Position numbers and translations under genes: made by a program. A stretch of DNA of 44,915 bases from a virus (taxonomy: Duplodnaviria; Caudoviricetes): the IMG/VR virus record IMGVR_UViG_3300049191_000043, positions 1 through 44,915 of that record; one strand, written 5' to 3'. Under the pieces are notes generated by a model, which did no database searches, had not been told where the DNA came from, and was given only the letters and a program-made list of their open reading frames with translations. Of this stretch, positions 1 through 7,692 are shown one piece after another (within the stretch, counting starts at the first letter, position 1; each line of letters starts with the position of its first letter).

Positions 1-160
1 CGACGCCCATAGAGAGATCGCCTTGCCGACATCTCCAGAGGAGAATATTGCCGTGCCTACAGCAAGGTTCTTGGTCCCGGAGGTGATTGTTGTGCTTACA
101 CCTTGAGCGCCCTGGGCATCGCCGACCGCTCCGAAATCGCTAACTAGATTTACTGTAGGC
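1..160. repeat. Terminal direct repeat, left copy (circular overlap)
   Basis: Identical to 44756-44915 except C127 vs T44882. Confidence 0.97.
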
Positions 161-162
161 AT
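1..162 (-). CDS. 5' part of tailspike/depolymerase-like protein; continues at 44755 down to 42716
   Basis: ATG at 162 overlaps the stop of 162..980 (TGATG). It reads MPTVNLVSDFGAVGD... and stays open across the junction into the 42716..44305 ORF. Confidence 0.85.
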   Translation of the reverse strand, partial: MPTVNLVSDFGAVGDAQGAQGVSTTITSGTKNLAVGTAIFSSGDVGKAISLWAS

Positions 163-980
163 CAGCCACCGATGACGCCGACAACGCCGCCACCGGAAGG
201 CGCAGTGATCGTGACGCTTGTATTGCGCCCCATATCGAGTGAGTTAGTGGCCGTGATCGAGCCTGCCCCGGATTTGGTAATACCCAAAATTCCGCACCAA
301 TCAAGCGCGGACGCTGACCCTACAGAAACAGTGGCGACGTTGCTTCCTGCAGTAGAGGAAATCAAGCCTGACGGAGCGCTGGATGTACCAGTTATATTAA
401 GCGCGCCAGAGACCGTCGTAGTTACGATCTGTGGTAAGCTTAGAGTGTTCCCGCTGCCGATTGTGATGGACGCGAACGTATTTGTGCCGCTGATTCCAAC
501 GGGGCCTTTGGTGCTGTTATCCGCCACAGTGAATGCACCATAGGTTTGCCCCCCGCCTGCAAGGGTCCGGTTGCTCGACGCGCCCGCAAATGCAACCGTT
601 GCGTTCGAGAACGTAGCCGTCAGATTCGTCGTAGTCGTGACATCAAAAATTGTTGCGGAACTTCCGGTAATTGTCCACGTCCCGCTGCCCATGTTGATGG
701 TTCGCGTGCCCGAGCCGCTGAAGCTGACAAAATTCGATACAGCGACGTTGTTGGAGCCAAAATTAATCGTACCGTTCGCTGTCCCGAGCGCTATAGACTG
801 AACGTTAACCGCCTGATCTACAGTCAGCGTCCCGCCGTTCAACCCGGAGGCATGACTGTCAACAATAACTGCGTCCCCTGACCCCGGAACAGTCTGACCT
901 CCTGCCCCGCCTGAAGTTAGAGACCAGTGAGCCGTGTCACTGAAATTTCCCGTTCCGCCCACCCAAACCCTGTTCGCCAT
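162..980 (-). CDS. Gly/Ser/Thr-rich beta-solenoid virion accessory or adhesin protein
   Basis: 272 aa with MANRVWVGGTGN...WS N-terminus and autotransporter-like repeats; ends in a Gly linker plus VVGVIGG. Confidence 0.6.
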   Translation of the reverse strand: MANRVWVGGTGNFSDTAHWSLTSGGAGGQTVPGSGDAVIVDSHASGLNGGTLTVDQAVNVQSIALGTANGTINFGSNNVAVSNFVSFSGSGTRTINMGSGTWTITGSSATIFDVTTTTNLTATFSNATVAFAGASSNRTLAGGGQTYGAFTVADNSTKGPVGISGTNTFASITIGSGNTLSLPQIVTTTVSGALNITGTSSAPSGLISSTAGSNVATVSVGSASALDWCGILGITKSGAGSITATNSLDMGRNTSVTITAPSGGGVVGVIGG

Positions 981-981
981 C

Positions 982-1707
982 TTACACCTTGCTCTTGAAG
1001 CCGATGAGGGTGACGGTAACGGTAGAGGCGGCCGACGAAGGATCAGCGCACACAGCCGTAGCAGCGCTGAAGCCGAGCGGCACAGGAAGGTTACAGACCA
1101 CGCCAGATGTGTTGGCCGGGACCGGGAGGGTAGCCTTCACAGAGCCAGCCGCGCCGTCCCGGAGATCCACGGTAACCGCGGTTGCTGACGTGTTCGCGAT
1201 GATGGCCGTGGTGACGTAGTTCTTTACGCCTGCACCTGCCGAGGCAATAACTGATGTCGATGAGCCATCCGTGATTGCAGCGACACCCGAGATCAGGTCT
1301 TCAAGGCCGCAGTGCGGGCGCGTGATCAGAGCACCGTCTAGACCTGCATAAAGGTCGGTTCTGTCAGCCGCAGCGACCAAGGTTGCACCCGAGAGACCAG
1401 CGATTGCCTTTGCGCCCATCTTGTAGGGAGTGCCGCTGTCCACTGCGTCATGGGCGACGGTGGGGTCGAGTTGCGAGCTATCGACGATAACGCGCTGGGT
1501 CAGGCTCCCGCCCGTTCCAGAGCCTTTATCAATGCCGGGAGCGATGTTGACGACAAGGCCAGTCGTCGCGTCTACAGGAGCGACGCCAGCGTTGGTAGCC
1601 GGATCGCCGACAACGATAACCTGACGATGGTTGCCGTTGGTGCCTTCCGTGCGGGTGTCTACGTTAGTTCCAGATCCCGCAGTGATTGCAATTGCCGTAT
1701 CTGCCAA
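982..1707 (-). CDS. Putative virion structural protein (fibre adaptor-like)
   Basis: 241 aa, TTG start with AAGGAG RBS, Ala/Thr/Val/Gly-rich beta composition; lies directly upstream of the two adhesin-like genes. Confidence 0.55.
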   Translation of the reverse strand: MADTAIAITAGSGTNVDTRTEGTNGNHRQVIVVGDPATNAGVAPVDATTGLVVNIAPGIDKGSGTGGSLTQRVIVDSSQLDPTVAHDAVDSGTPYKMGAKAIAGLSGATLVAAADRTDLYAGLDGALITRPHCGLEDLISGVAAITDGSSTSVIASAGAGVKNYVTTAIIANTSATAVTVDLRDGAAGSVKATLPVPANTSGVVCNLPVPLGFSAATAVCADPSSAASTVTVTLIGFKSKV

Positions 1708-1725
1708 TTTGAGTCTCCTTTTGGC

Positions 1726-1754
1726 AAAGAAAAAGGGCCCCGAAAGGAGCCCTT
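1726..1754 (-). terminator. Intrinsic terminator
   Basis: Minus strand AAGGGCTCC-TTTC-GGGGCCCTT followed by TTTCTTT. Confidence 0.85.
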
Positions 1755-1776
1755 GTGGTGGTCTATGTTGGTGGTG

Positions 1777-2058
1777 TTAGCGCTTACTGTTCGCTATCTC
1801 GCCAGCACAGGCGATGTACCCAATAGCGTCTATTGCATCGTCATCGTTGATTGCGCCGCTCTGGGCGCGTGCAATCTTCAACAAGGCCATCATATAGCCA
1901 ACGTCCGTTGCGCTTATCAGCGCCCCTTGCTTGGGCTGCAAATAGGCATTCCAGAGGGCTGCGATATTGGCGAAGTTCCGATGCTTGTCGCCGTGCTGCT
2001 TGGCCCTGTCGCCTCCAACCAAGTCCCCCGCCTTCTCGATCAGATCAACTGCGTTCAT
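1777..2058 (-). CDS. DUF6378-like phage protein
   Basis: Pattern R..QHG...NF..IA.LW..YL...DV..MM.LLKIAR...DD.IDAIGY. Confidence 0.75.
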   Translation of the reverse strand: MNAVDLIEKAGDLVGGDRAKQHGDKHRNFANIAALWNAYLQPKQGALISATDVGYMMALLKIARAQSGAINDDDAIDAIGYIACAGEIANSKR

Positions 2059-2256
2059 CTAGTTTCTCTCGAACTTGAACTTCTTGCGCGCCTCCCGAGT
2101 AGCACGCTGGCTTTGTCTGGCCCGGAACATGAGCTTTCCGTTTTCAACTTTGTAGTCGGTAATGTGAACCAGACCGCACGTGCAGCACATGTCCCGCTGC
2201 CCCTTCCAAGAAGCCTCGTACCACTCATCATCAAAAATCTGTACGAAGCCGCTCAT
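2059..2256 (-). CDS. Small CCxC-x3-H zinc-ribbon protein (paralog of 34771..34998)
   Basis: ATGA overlap with the upstream stop; contains MCCTCGLVH motif. Confidence 0.75.
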   Translation of the reverse strand: MSGFVQIFDDEWYEASWKGQRDMCCTCGLVHITDYKVENGKLMFRARQSQRATREARKKFKFERN

Positions 2257-3293
2257 GCCCGCGCCCTCTTCCAAGTCAAGAACTCGGCCGCCTCTTCCAG
2301 ATCGGAAAAGCAGCGAACGCGCTTCACACCGTCGGCCGCGGGATCGATCACAGCCGTAATGGTCGCGCCGTGCCTCTGGCTGCCGTAGCCGAGCTGGTCG
2401 GCATAGCTATCAATGAACTTGTACCCGCGCGCCCGGATCAGGTGGTAGACGAACCCGCGCTGTGCGTTCTCGCCGTGCTTGATCGCCCATGTGTGCTTAT
2501 GGCCGCAGGCGTAGATATCCGCATCTTCCAGCGTCATGGACGCCTTCTGTGGGCCGTGCATGTCATTCCAGATCGAGTTGCCGGGGAAGTCGTGTGCCGC
2601 ATGAATGCGAACCCGCTGCCCGTTCGGGAACACAAGCTGGAAACGCGACTGCCAGTCCTCAACCGGGACAATCGGGTGAGCATTCGCCTTGATCAGGTAT
2701 GGCCCATCGTTCCAGGCATCATGGTTGCCAAGGATATGGCACAGCCAGTTAATGCCGCAATCCTTCAGCAGATACTTGGCAAGCTTCCAAGCCTGCTTCT
2801 TCGACATCTCCTGATCGGCGTATAGCCGAACCAACCGGCCCACCCAGTTATCCGTAAGGTCGCCGATGTTTACCGCGAAGAGTCCCGGCGTTCCTTCCAG
2901 TATCTTGATATCACGTCGCAGCAGAGGCCAATTGCAACCATTGTTATCAATATGAGGGTCGCCCATAAAAGCAACGCCGATGGGGCGGTTGGACTTGACC
3001 TTGATTTCCATCCAACGGCGCGCTTCACGCGCTTCCAGATGCCCTTCAAATCGCTTGCAAGCCTGCTCTATGAGTTCTTCCGGCGGCAACTCACTGGACG
3101 GCAGATCGGGGAAGATCAAATCTGCGGTCTCTGTACGCCCGGCAAAGCCACGTTTGCGGCCGGTTGCCAGGCGCTTGATGAAGGCGGCGCGGGTAAGACC
3201 TAGAGCGTCGGCCGCTTCTGCATCTGTTGAATATTGGGCTCGGTACTCTACAGCTTGTCGGGCGAGATCGTCAGGCAAACTTGGAGTTGGCAT
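2253..3293 (-). CDS. Calcineurin-like metallophosphoesterase with N-terminal HTH
   Basis: Motifs GDPH, GDLTD, GNHD and GHKH; N-terminal AEAADALGLTRAAF is HTH-like. Confidence 0.85.
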   Translation of the reverse strand: MPTPSLPDDLARQAVEYRAQYSTDAEAADALGLTRAAFIKRLATGRKRGFAGRTETADLIFPDLPSSELPPEELIEQACKRFEGHLEAREARRWMEIKVKSNRPIGVAFMGDPHIDNNGCNWPLLRRDIKILEGTPGLFAVNIGDLTDNWVGRLVRLYADQEMSKKQAWKLAKYLLKDCGINWLCHILGNHDAWNDGPYLIKANAHPIVPVEDWQSRFQLVFPNGQRVRIHAAHDFPGNSIWNDMHGPQKASMTLEDADIYACGHKHTWAIKHGENAQRGFVYHLIRARGYKFIDSYADQLGYGSQRHGATITAVIDPAADGVKRVRCFSDLEEAAEFLTWKRARA

Positions 3294-3311
3294 TCAATGT
3301 CCTAAGAATGA

Positions 3312-4283
3312 TTAAATCGCATCCTCATTGCGCTGGCGGAAATACGCCCGCAAATCATCACGCAACTGGATCTTGTTGCCGGCCAAGGTCAAAGCGCCCT
3401 GCCAGTCATTCTTCAGGTCCGTCAAAGGATCAAACTTGTTCTCCGTCAGGATGCGCCAGCGGTTGTGATAACCCCTGTTCACCTTCGGGCCGTGATAGTG
3501 ATGAACGACGGTCCCCGGCACCGCGCCGATGTCTCGCCGTAGAAGTCCAGCATTCCTCGCCCACGTCTTCACCGATCGCGAATAGTGGTGCGTGCTTCCC
3601 TGTGGAATTGTCTCGTCAACGCGCCCGATCAGGCCATAGGCCATCTGATGGTCGCCGCCGCCGACGATGTTGATGTCCAGCAGGCCGCCGACTGTATTCC
3701 ATGCGCTACGCCGGTAGGCCCAGCCATAGCCGGGATGCCAGTACTTGCCGCCGTAAGCATCCTTCTTTGAGTTCATCTTGCGGAACGGACGCCGCAGAAC
3801 GTGAGAATGCGCGAACCCCTCGAACTGCTCGATAGGCTCACCGGACGGTCCCACGTCCATTGCGTGGGTGAATAGCTGCACGATCTGATAGTGCTGCAAT
3901 TGCTGCATCGCCTCGTGTGGCCAATCGTGATTGAGGAACGTCACGTCAGCGTCGATCCAGGCCACATATTCCCAATCGGACGGCAGCCGGGATACCGCCA
4001 TATTGATTAGCCGCTCCTTGTGCCAGAGTTCATGGCTGGTGCGGAATTGCATGTGCCTTGAGTTGCAGGCTTCCGTCACCTCGAAGGGACGATTGCCGAG
4101 AGCCAGTTCGGCGACCCAAAGCTCTACATCGTCCGTGTTCTGGCTGGCGTGCCTGGCGAAGTCCTTGAACAGATTGTAACGGGACTGAAAGCGGAGCGGA
4201 TTGAAGACTACGGCTATGACGTGCAGTTTGGGATCATGGCGCTTGATGACGTGACGCGAGGCGCCAAGATGGCAATACTGCAT
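3312..4283 (-). CDS. GT-A-fold glycosyltransferase-like protein
   Basis: Start reassigned to ATG 4283 (TAATG overlap). Motifs WHKERLIN, YVAWIDADV (DxD), GGGD and HHYHG. Confidence 0.7.
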   Translation of the reverse strand: MQYCHLGASRHVIKRHDPKLHVIAVVFNPLRFQSRYNLFKDFARHASQNTDDVELWVAELALGNRPFEVTEACNSRHMQFRTSHELWHKERLINMAVSRLPSDWEYVAWIDADVTFLNHDWPHEAMQQLQHYQIVQLFTHAMDVGPSGEPIEQFEGFAHSHVLRRPFRKMNSKKDAYGGKYWHPGYGWAYRRSAWNTVGGLLDINIVGGGDHQMAYGLIGRVDETIPQGSTHHYSRSVKTWARNAGLLRRDIGAVPGTVVHHYHGPKVNRGYHNRWRILTENKFDPLTDLKNDWQGALTLAGNKIQLRDDLRAYFRQRNEDAI

Positions 4284-4651
4284 TACATTTGCATCCCAGG
4301 CATGAAGCAGCGAACCGTCCAGATGCCACCATAGCCCTTGGTGGCCCAAATCAGCGTCCGGCCGTCCTTGTTCGGTTGGTTCAGGACCGCGCCGTCTGGA
4401 ACGATAACCCACTCGCCTTCCAGGCGGACGCGATAATGACCGTCCTTGGTGTCCCAATCGGGGCCATCGAGCGTGGTAGCGTCAATAGCCGGGCCGCCGC
4501 AGCATGTCCCGTACTGGCTTTGCAGGCTGCCATACCAATCATCAAGGCCGGGACGATTATGGTCATGTGCAAAGGCGCAGCAGCCGAGAGCGAACAGGAC
4601 AACGGCACCCACCAGAAACAACAGCAGCCAGCGCCACAGCGCGGCTAACAT
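4283..4651 (-). CDS. Secreted/periplasmic small Cys-containing protein
   Basis: GGAG RBS, signal peptide ending AFA-HD, CC near the N-terminus and RCF near the C-terminus. Confidence 0.7.
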   Translation of the reverse strand: MLAALWRWLLLFLVGAVVLFALGCCAFAHDHNRPGLDDWYGSLQSQYGTCCGGPAIDATTLDGPDWDTKDGHYRVRLEGEWVIVPDGAVLNQPNKDGRTLIWATKGYGGIWTVRCFMPGMQM

Positions 4652-4665
4652 CCGATCTTCTCCGG

Positions 4666-4902
4666 TCATTTGTGCAGCATCGCCTGGAAGCCGAGCCAGA
4701 TGGCGCCCATCACGCCTGCTGCTATCGTGGTAACCACCGCCTTGAATGTGTACGATTGCGCCTGCTCCACGCTCTTTCTCCATCTTCGAAGGTGGGTAAA
4801 GTCGGCTTGCATTTCCTTGTAGTCGCCCGTTTCGATGCCTAGCTTTACGAGCGTTTCAGTGACGGCTTTGGCGACGATGGCCTCAACTTCCTCGTTGGTC
4901 AT
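4666..4902 (-). CDS. Lysis-region membrane protein (single C-terminal TM helix)
   Basis: Amphipathic N-terminus and C-terminal hydrophobic helix; coupled to the o-spanin gene. Confidence 0.65.
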   Translation of the reverse strand: MTNEEVEAIVAKAVTETLVKLGIETGDYKEMQADFTHLRRWRKSVEQAQSYTFKAVVTTIAAGVMGAIWLGFQAMLHK

Positions 4903-5186
4903 CGGAAGACCGTTGCGACAGTCTTGACGCCCTCGTACCAGCGGTCCTTGAAGGTGGTGCCGGATGACTTGGCCGGCGCCGGTTTCGGCTTCTTGGTATA
5001 TTCAGGGCAGATAGACGAAATCGCCGCGTTATGTTCTTTCACAGCCGCCACCGTGTCGGCGGTATCCTTGCCGCTCCAATAGATCGGCTTGAAGGATTGG
5101 CAGGCAACCTTGTCAGTCGGGACGCTTAAAGCCGTCGTCGTCGCGCAAGATGCTAGAGGGATCGTTAACATGAGTAGCCCGCACAT
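4899..5186 (-). CDS. o-spanin (Rz1-like lipoprotein)
   Basis: Lipobox LAS-C and two further Cys; overlaps the 3' end of the i-spanin gene in another frame. Start is 5186 or 5222. Confidence 0.7.
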   Translation of the reverse strand: MCGLLMLTIPLASCATTTALSVPTDKVACQSFKPIYWSGKDTADTVAAVKEHNAAISSICPEYTKKPKPAPAKSSGTTFKDRWYEGVKTVATVFR

Positions 5187-5352
5187 CTTCGCGAGCTTTA
5201 TTGGCGACGGATATGGTGGCATCGGCTTTCTTGTTTCCTTCCACAACAGCCTCCGCGGCGCCGGCCCGCCTGTCAGCTTCCCGGTTTTGCCAACCGATAA
5301 AAGCAAGAACGAGCTTGAAAAACGCGGCAACCGCAGAGGCAATCGATAACAT
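5113..5352 (-). CDS. i-spanin (Rz-like)
   Basis: ATG 5352 overlaps the holin stop; N-terminal TM helix, helical body, ends LRDDDGFKRPD. Confidence 0.7.
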   Translation of the reverse strand: MLSIASAVAAFFKLVLAFIGWQNREADRRAGAAEAVVEGNKKADATISVANKAREDVRATHVNDPSSILRDDDGFKRPD

Positions 5353-5555
5353 TACTGAACGGGCGGCTGCGGCTTGACGAGGCCCGCGAAGCCGTCGCGG
5401 ATCACGTTGATAATCATCTTCGCGGTGCCGAGACCGGCAATGATCTTGCCCGCCAAGATCGGGTCGAGACCAAGGCCGACGAAATCGAAGCCGGCAAGGC
5501 CGCCGACGATGACCATCGCGATATTCAGAATGTTGTGGATCAGGTTGGTATTCAT
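5352..5555 (-). CDS. Holin
   Basis: 67 aa with two hydrophobic segments, located between endolysin and spanins. Confidence 0.7.
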   Translation of the reverse strand: MNTNLIHNILNIAMVIVGGLAGFDFVGLGLDPILAGKIIAGLGTAKMIINVIRDGFAGLVKPQPPVQ

Positions 5556-5567
5556 GTGATGCTCCTG

Positions 5568-6044
5568 TTAGCGGCTGACGAATTCGAAGTGCATGGGGTC
5601 GGTCCTGCCGCGATAATCGCCGCCCCAGAGCGCGCCTTGCCGTTTGAAGGCATCGACAACGATGTTCGAAAGTGTGCCTTTGCCTTTGCCGAATCCGTTC
5701 GTTGCCGGCGAAAGATCGATCGCGCAGGCCCATGAATGATTCGAATAATTGCTGCTGCCAGCGATGGCGCGGATGTTGAAACAGCCGCCGAAGTCATTAG
5801 CCCCGGTCGCGGCGACCTTCGTTTCGTCCTGTCCGCACTTTTCCCAGATCTCCTGGAACGCAGCCAGCATCGCGTCTGCGCACATCTTATTCACAAGAAT
5901 TCCGGTCTTCATCGGCTTCTTGTCGTAGTACATCGTGAATGGCGGCTTGATGCGGGTAAGGTATTGAGCCTGCCAGTTTTTCTGGCTGAAATTCCCATAG
6001 AATGCGTTCTTCGCAGCCGTAGTGTCTTTAGGCCAAGTCGCCAT
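5568..6044 (-). CDS. Endolysin, M15-family peptidase
   Basis: FNIR...SNHSWACAIDL...WGGD...DPMHFE zinc-peptidase motifs. Confidence 0.9.
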   Translation of the reverse strand: MATWPKDTTAAKNAFYGNFSQKNWQAQYLTRIKPPFTMYYDKKPMKTGILVNKMCADAMLAAFQEIWEKCGQDETKVAATGANDFGGCFNIRAIAGSSNYSNHSWACAIDLSPATNGFGKGKGTLSNIVVDAFKRQGALWGGDYRGRTDPMHFEFVSR

Positions 6045-6104
6045 TGATGTTCTCGGTATGGTTGTGGTAGCCTTCCGACCTATCGGAATTGGCAGGGCAA
6101 ACTA

Positions 6105-6563
6105 GTGGTTGAATTGATTAGAGATTTACGGCGCCCACTCAGTGCCGGCGTGTTGATGGCCGTTTTGCTACTGGCTACTTCGTTCGCCCCGGTCATGCTC
6201 CACCGAGAACCGCCGACCAGTCCCGCCAGACTTGAGGTGGTGAATCCCATGGAGAAGGAAGAGTTCAGTAAAGCCGACCCAGCACGAATTAACGAAATCA
6301 TCCCAGCCATAAAGCTTGTGGCCTGCTTGTTCACGCAAAAGGCCGTCCGGCATCACTTAAGGCCAGCCAAAGTTGCTTTCCCCGCTTGCGGAACGCCCGG
6401 TATGCAAACCACCATCAGCGAGGATCTAATCGATATGACCGTTTCAGGCATCGCAGACGTTGACGGCTTGCAACAGCCATTCTCGGTTATCTTGCAGCAC
6501 AATCCGCCGTCGGTGACGGAGAGCGGGCTGATCGTCACGTCGATCACACTCCAGCGAAGATGA
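6105..6563 (+). CDS. Antisense moron, exported or membrane-anchored protein
   Basis: Fills the gap between tail fibre and endolysin; N-terminal hydrophobic segment; weak upstream promoter TTGATG-N18-TAGCCT (6044-6073). Confidence 0.5.
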   Translation: MVELIRDLRRPLSAGVLMAVLLLATSFAPVMLHREPPTSPARLEVVNPMEKEEFSKADPARINEIIPAIKLVACLFTQKAVRHHLRPAKVAFPACGTPGMQTTISEDLIDMTVSGIADVDGLQQPFSVILQHNPPSVTESGLIVTSITLQRR

Positions 6564-7437
6564 TGTAGTTGAGAATGAATGTGGGCTGCACAACACCGAA
6601 TGCCGTGCTCGTGCCGCCCTGTGCCGTTCCGGTCAATGTCCCGGTTACCGTGAGCGTACCGGAGCCAGAACCCGCGGCCGGGGTCCAGACCTGGACCACG
6701 CCAGCACTAACGTTGAGGTCCGTTCGATTTACCGCGGCGGTGCCAGAAACCGAACCGGCTGGGGTATAGGGCGGAAGGTTCCCGGTAACAAGCGTCTGCG
6801 TCTCACCGCCGCCTGCGGCACCAAGCGTGTCACCGTTCAGGCCATCGTCAGCATTCGTCAGACGGTTGGCGCTGCCGCCGACCATGTCATCTTTACCGGC
6901 GACGACGCGCCCACGGAGATCGGGAAGGGTGAAATGCGTACCATCCGCCGCACCGTAAGTAGTGCCTATAACAGCGAAGAGGGCGGCATAGTCTGCACGC
7001 AATAGAGATTGGCCGGAGCAGAACAGATAGCCTGATGGGGCTGACGTGCCCGCATAGGGGAAGGTCACACCAACGGGCAGTAAGGCAAATCCACCCTGAG
7101 AAATGGCCCCTGTAGACGCAAGCGTGCCTGTGACAGCAAGGCCAGTGGTCGCGACATCCAACACCTTGGCACCGTTGACGCCTACACCGATATTGTTGGC
7201 GCCGATACGGTAGAGGCCACTGTCTGGATCTGACGCGAAGGTGATACCGGGAGAGCCTACCGTGCCGCTAGACGCCTTTAACGGCCCGGTCATGCTCGTT
7301 TGACCGTCTGCCGCGACCGAATTGGTCATTTCAGAGACCAAATCGTCCCAATTTTGGTTATGCCCTGCAGCCGTGATCGTGTTGCCGGAAACGAAGGTGT
7401 TGACCTTGCTGTAGACACCGGAGCCGTTGCGGGCCAT
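6544..7437 (-). CDS. Tail fibre with tail-collar domain
   Basis: N-terminal anchor MARNGSGVYS...; collar motif PVG...GYLFCSGQ...YAALFAVIGTTYG...FTLPDLRGR; ends QPTFILNYIIFAG. Confidence 0.88.
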   Translation of the reverse strand: MARNGSGVYSKVNTFVSGNTITAAGHNQNWDDLVSEMTNSVAADGQTSMTGPLKASSGTVGSPGITFASDPDSGLYRIGANNIGVGVNGAKVLDVATTGLAVTGTLASTGAISQGGFALLPVGVTFPYAGTSAPSGYLFCSGQSLLRADYAALFAVIGTTYGAADGTHFTLPDLRGRVVAGKDDMVGGSANRLTNADDGLNGDTLGAAGGGETQTLVTGNLPPYTPAGSVSGTAAVNRTDLNVSAGVVQVWTPAAGSGSGTLTVTGTLTGTAQGGTSTAFGVVQPTFILNYIIFAGV

Positions 7438-7457
7438 TCAAGATACCTCTAGAATAG

Positions 7458-7480
7458 AAAAAGCCGCCCCGGAGGACGGC
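7458..7480 (-). terminator. Intrinsic terminator
   Basis: Minus strand GCCGTCC-TCCG-GGGCGGC-TTTTT. Confidence 0.75.
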
Positions 7481-7485
7481 CTTGG

Positions 7486-7692
7486 ATGTGGAAGCTGCTT
7501 CAGCTTGTCGTGTTCTTGTCGGTGTATTTCACCGGCATCTATTACGAGTGGACGCCGAACGGGTACGTTCTGGGCGTTCTCGCGTTCCTGGCAGCTCTAC
7601 TCGCTACCGTTCTACTGTCTTGGACCCTCGATAAGGGACGGGCTATCGCTATTAAGCAGCGCGATAAGCGCAGCGCGACGGGCCGGCGGTAG
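7486..7692 (+). CDS. Antisense two-TM membrane protein (superinfection-exclusion candidate)
   Basis: GGAGG RBS, two hydrophobic helices and a basic tail; convergent with the ejection-protein gene. Confidence 0.6.
   Translation: MWKLLQLVVFLSVYFTGIYYEWTPNGYVLGVLAFLAALLATVLLSWTLDKGRAIAIKQRDKRSATGRR

Noticed and set aside
1-160. T7-like fixed direct terminal repeat
   Set aside because: The repeat lies inside a coding sequence that continues across the junction, so an assembly overlap of a circular or permuted genome is more likely.
6544-7437. Diversity-generating retroelement or invertible tail-fibre segment
   Set aside because: No reverse transcriptase, template/variable repeat pair, invertase or flanking inverted repeats were seen.
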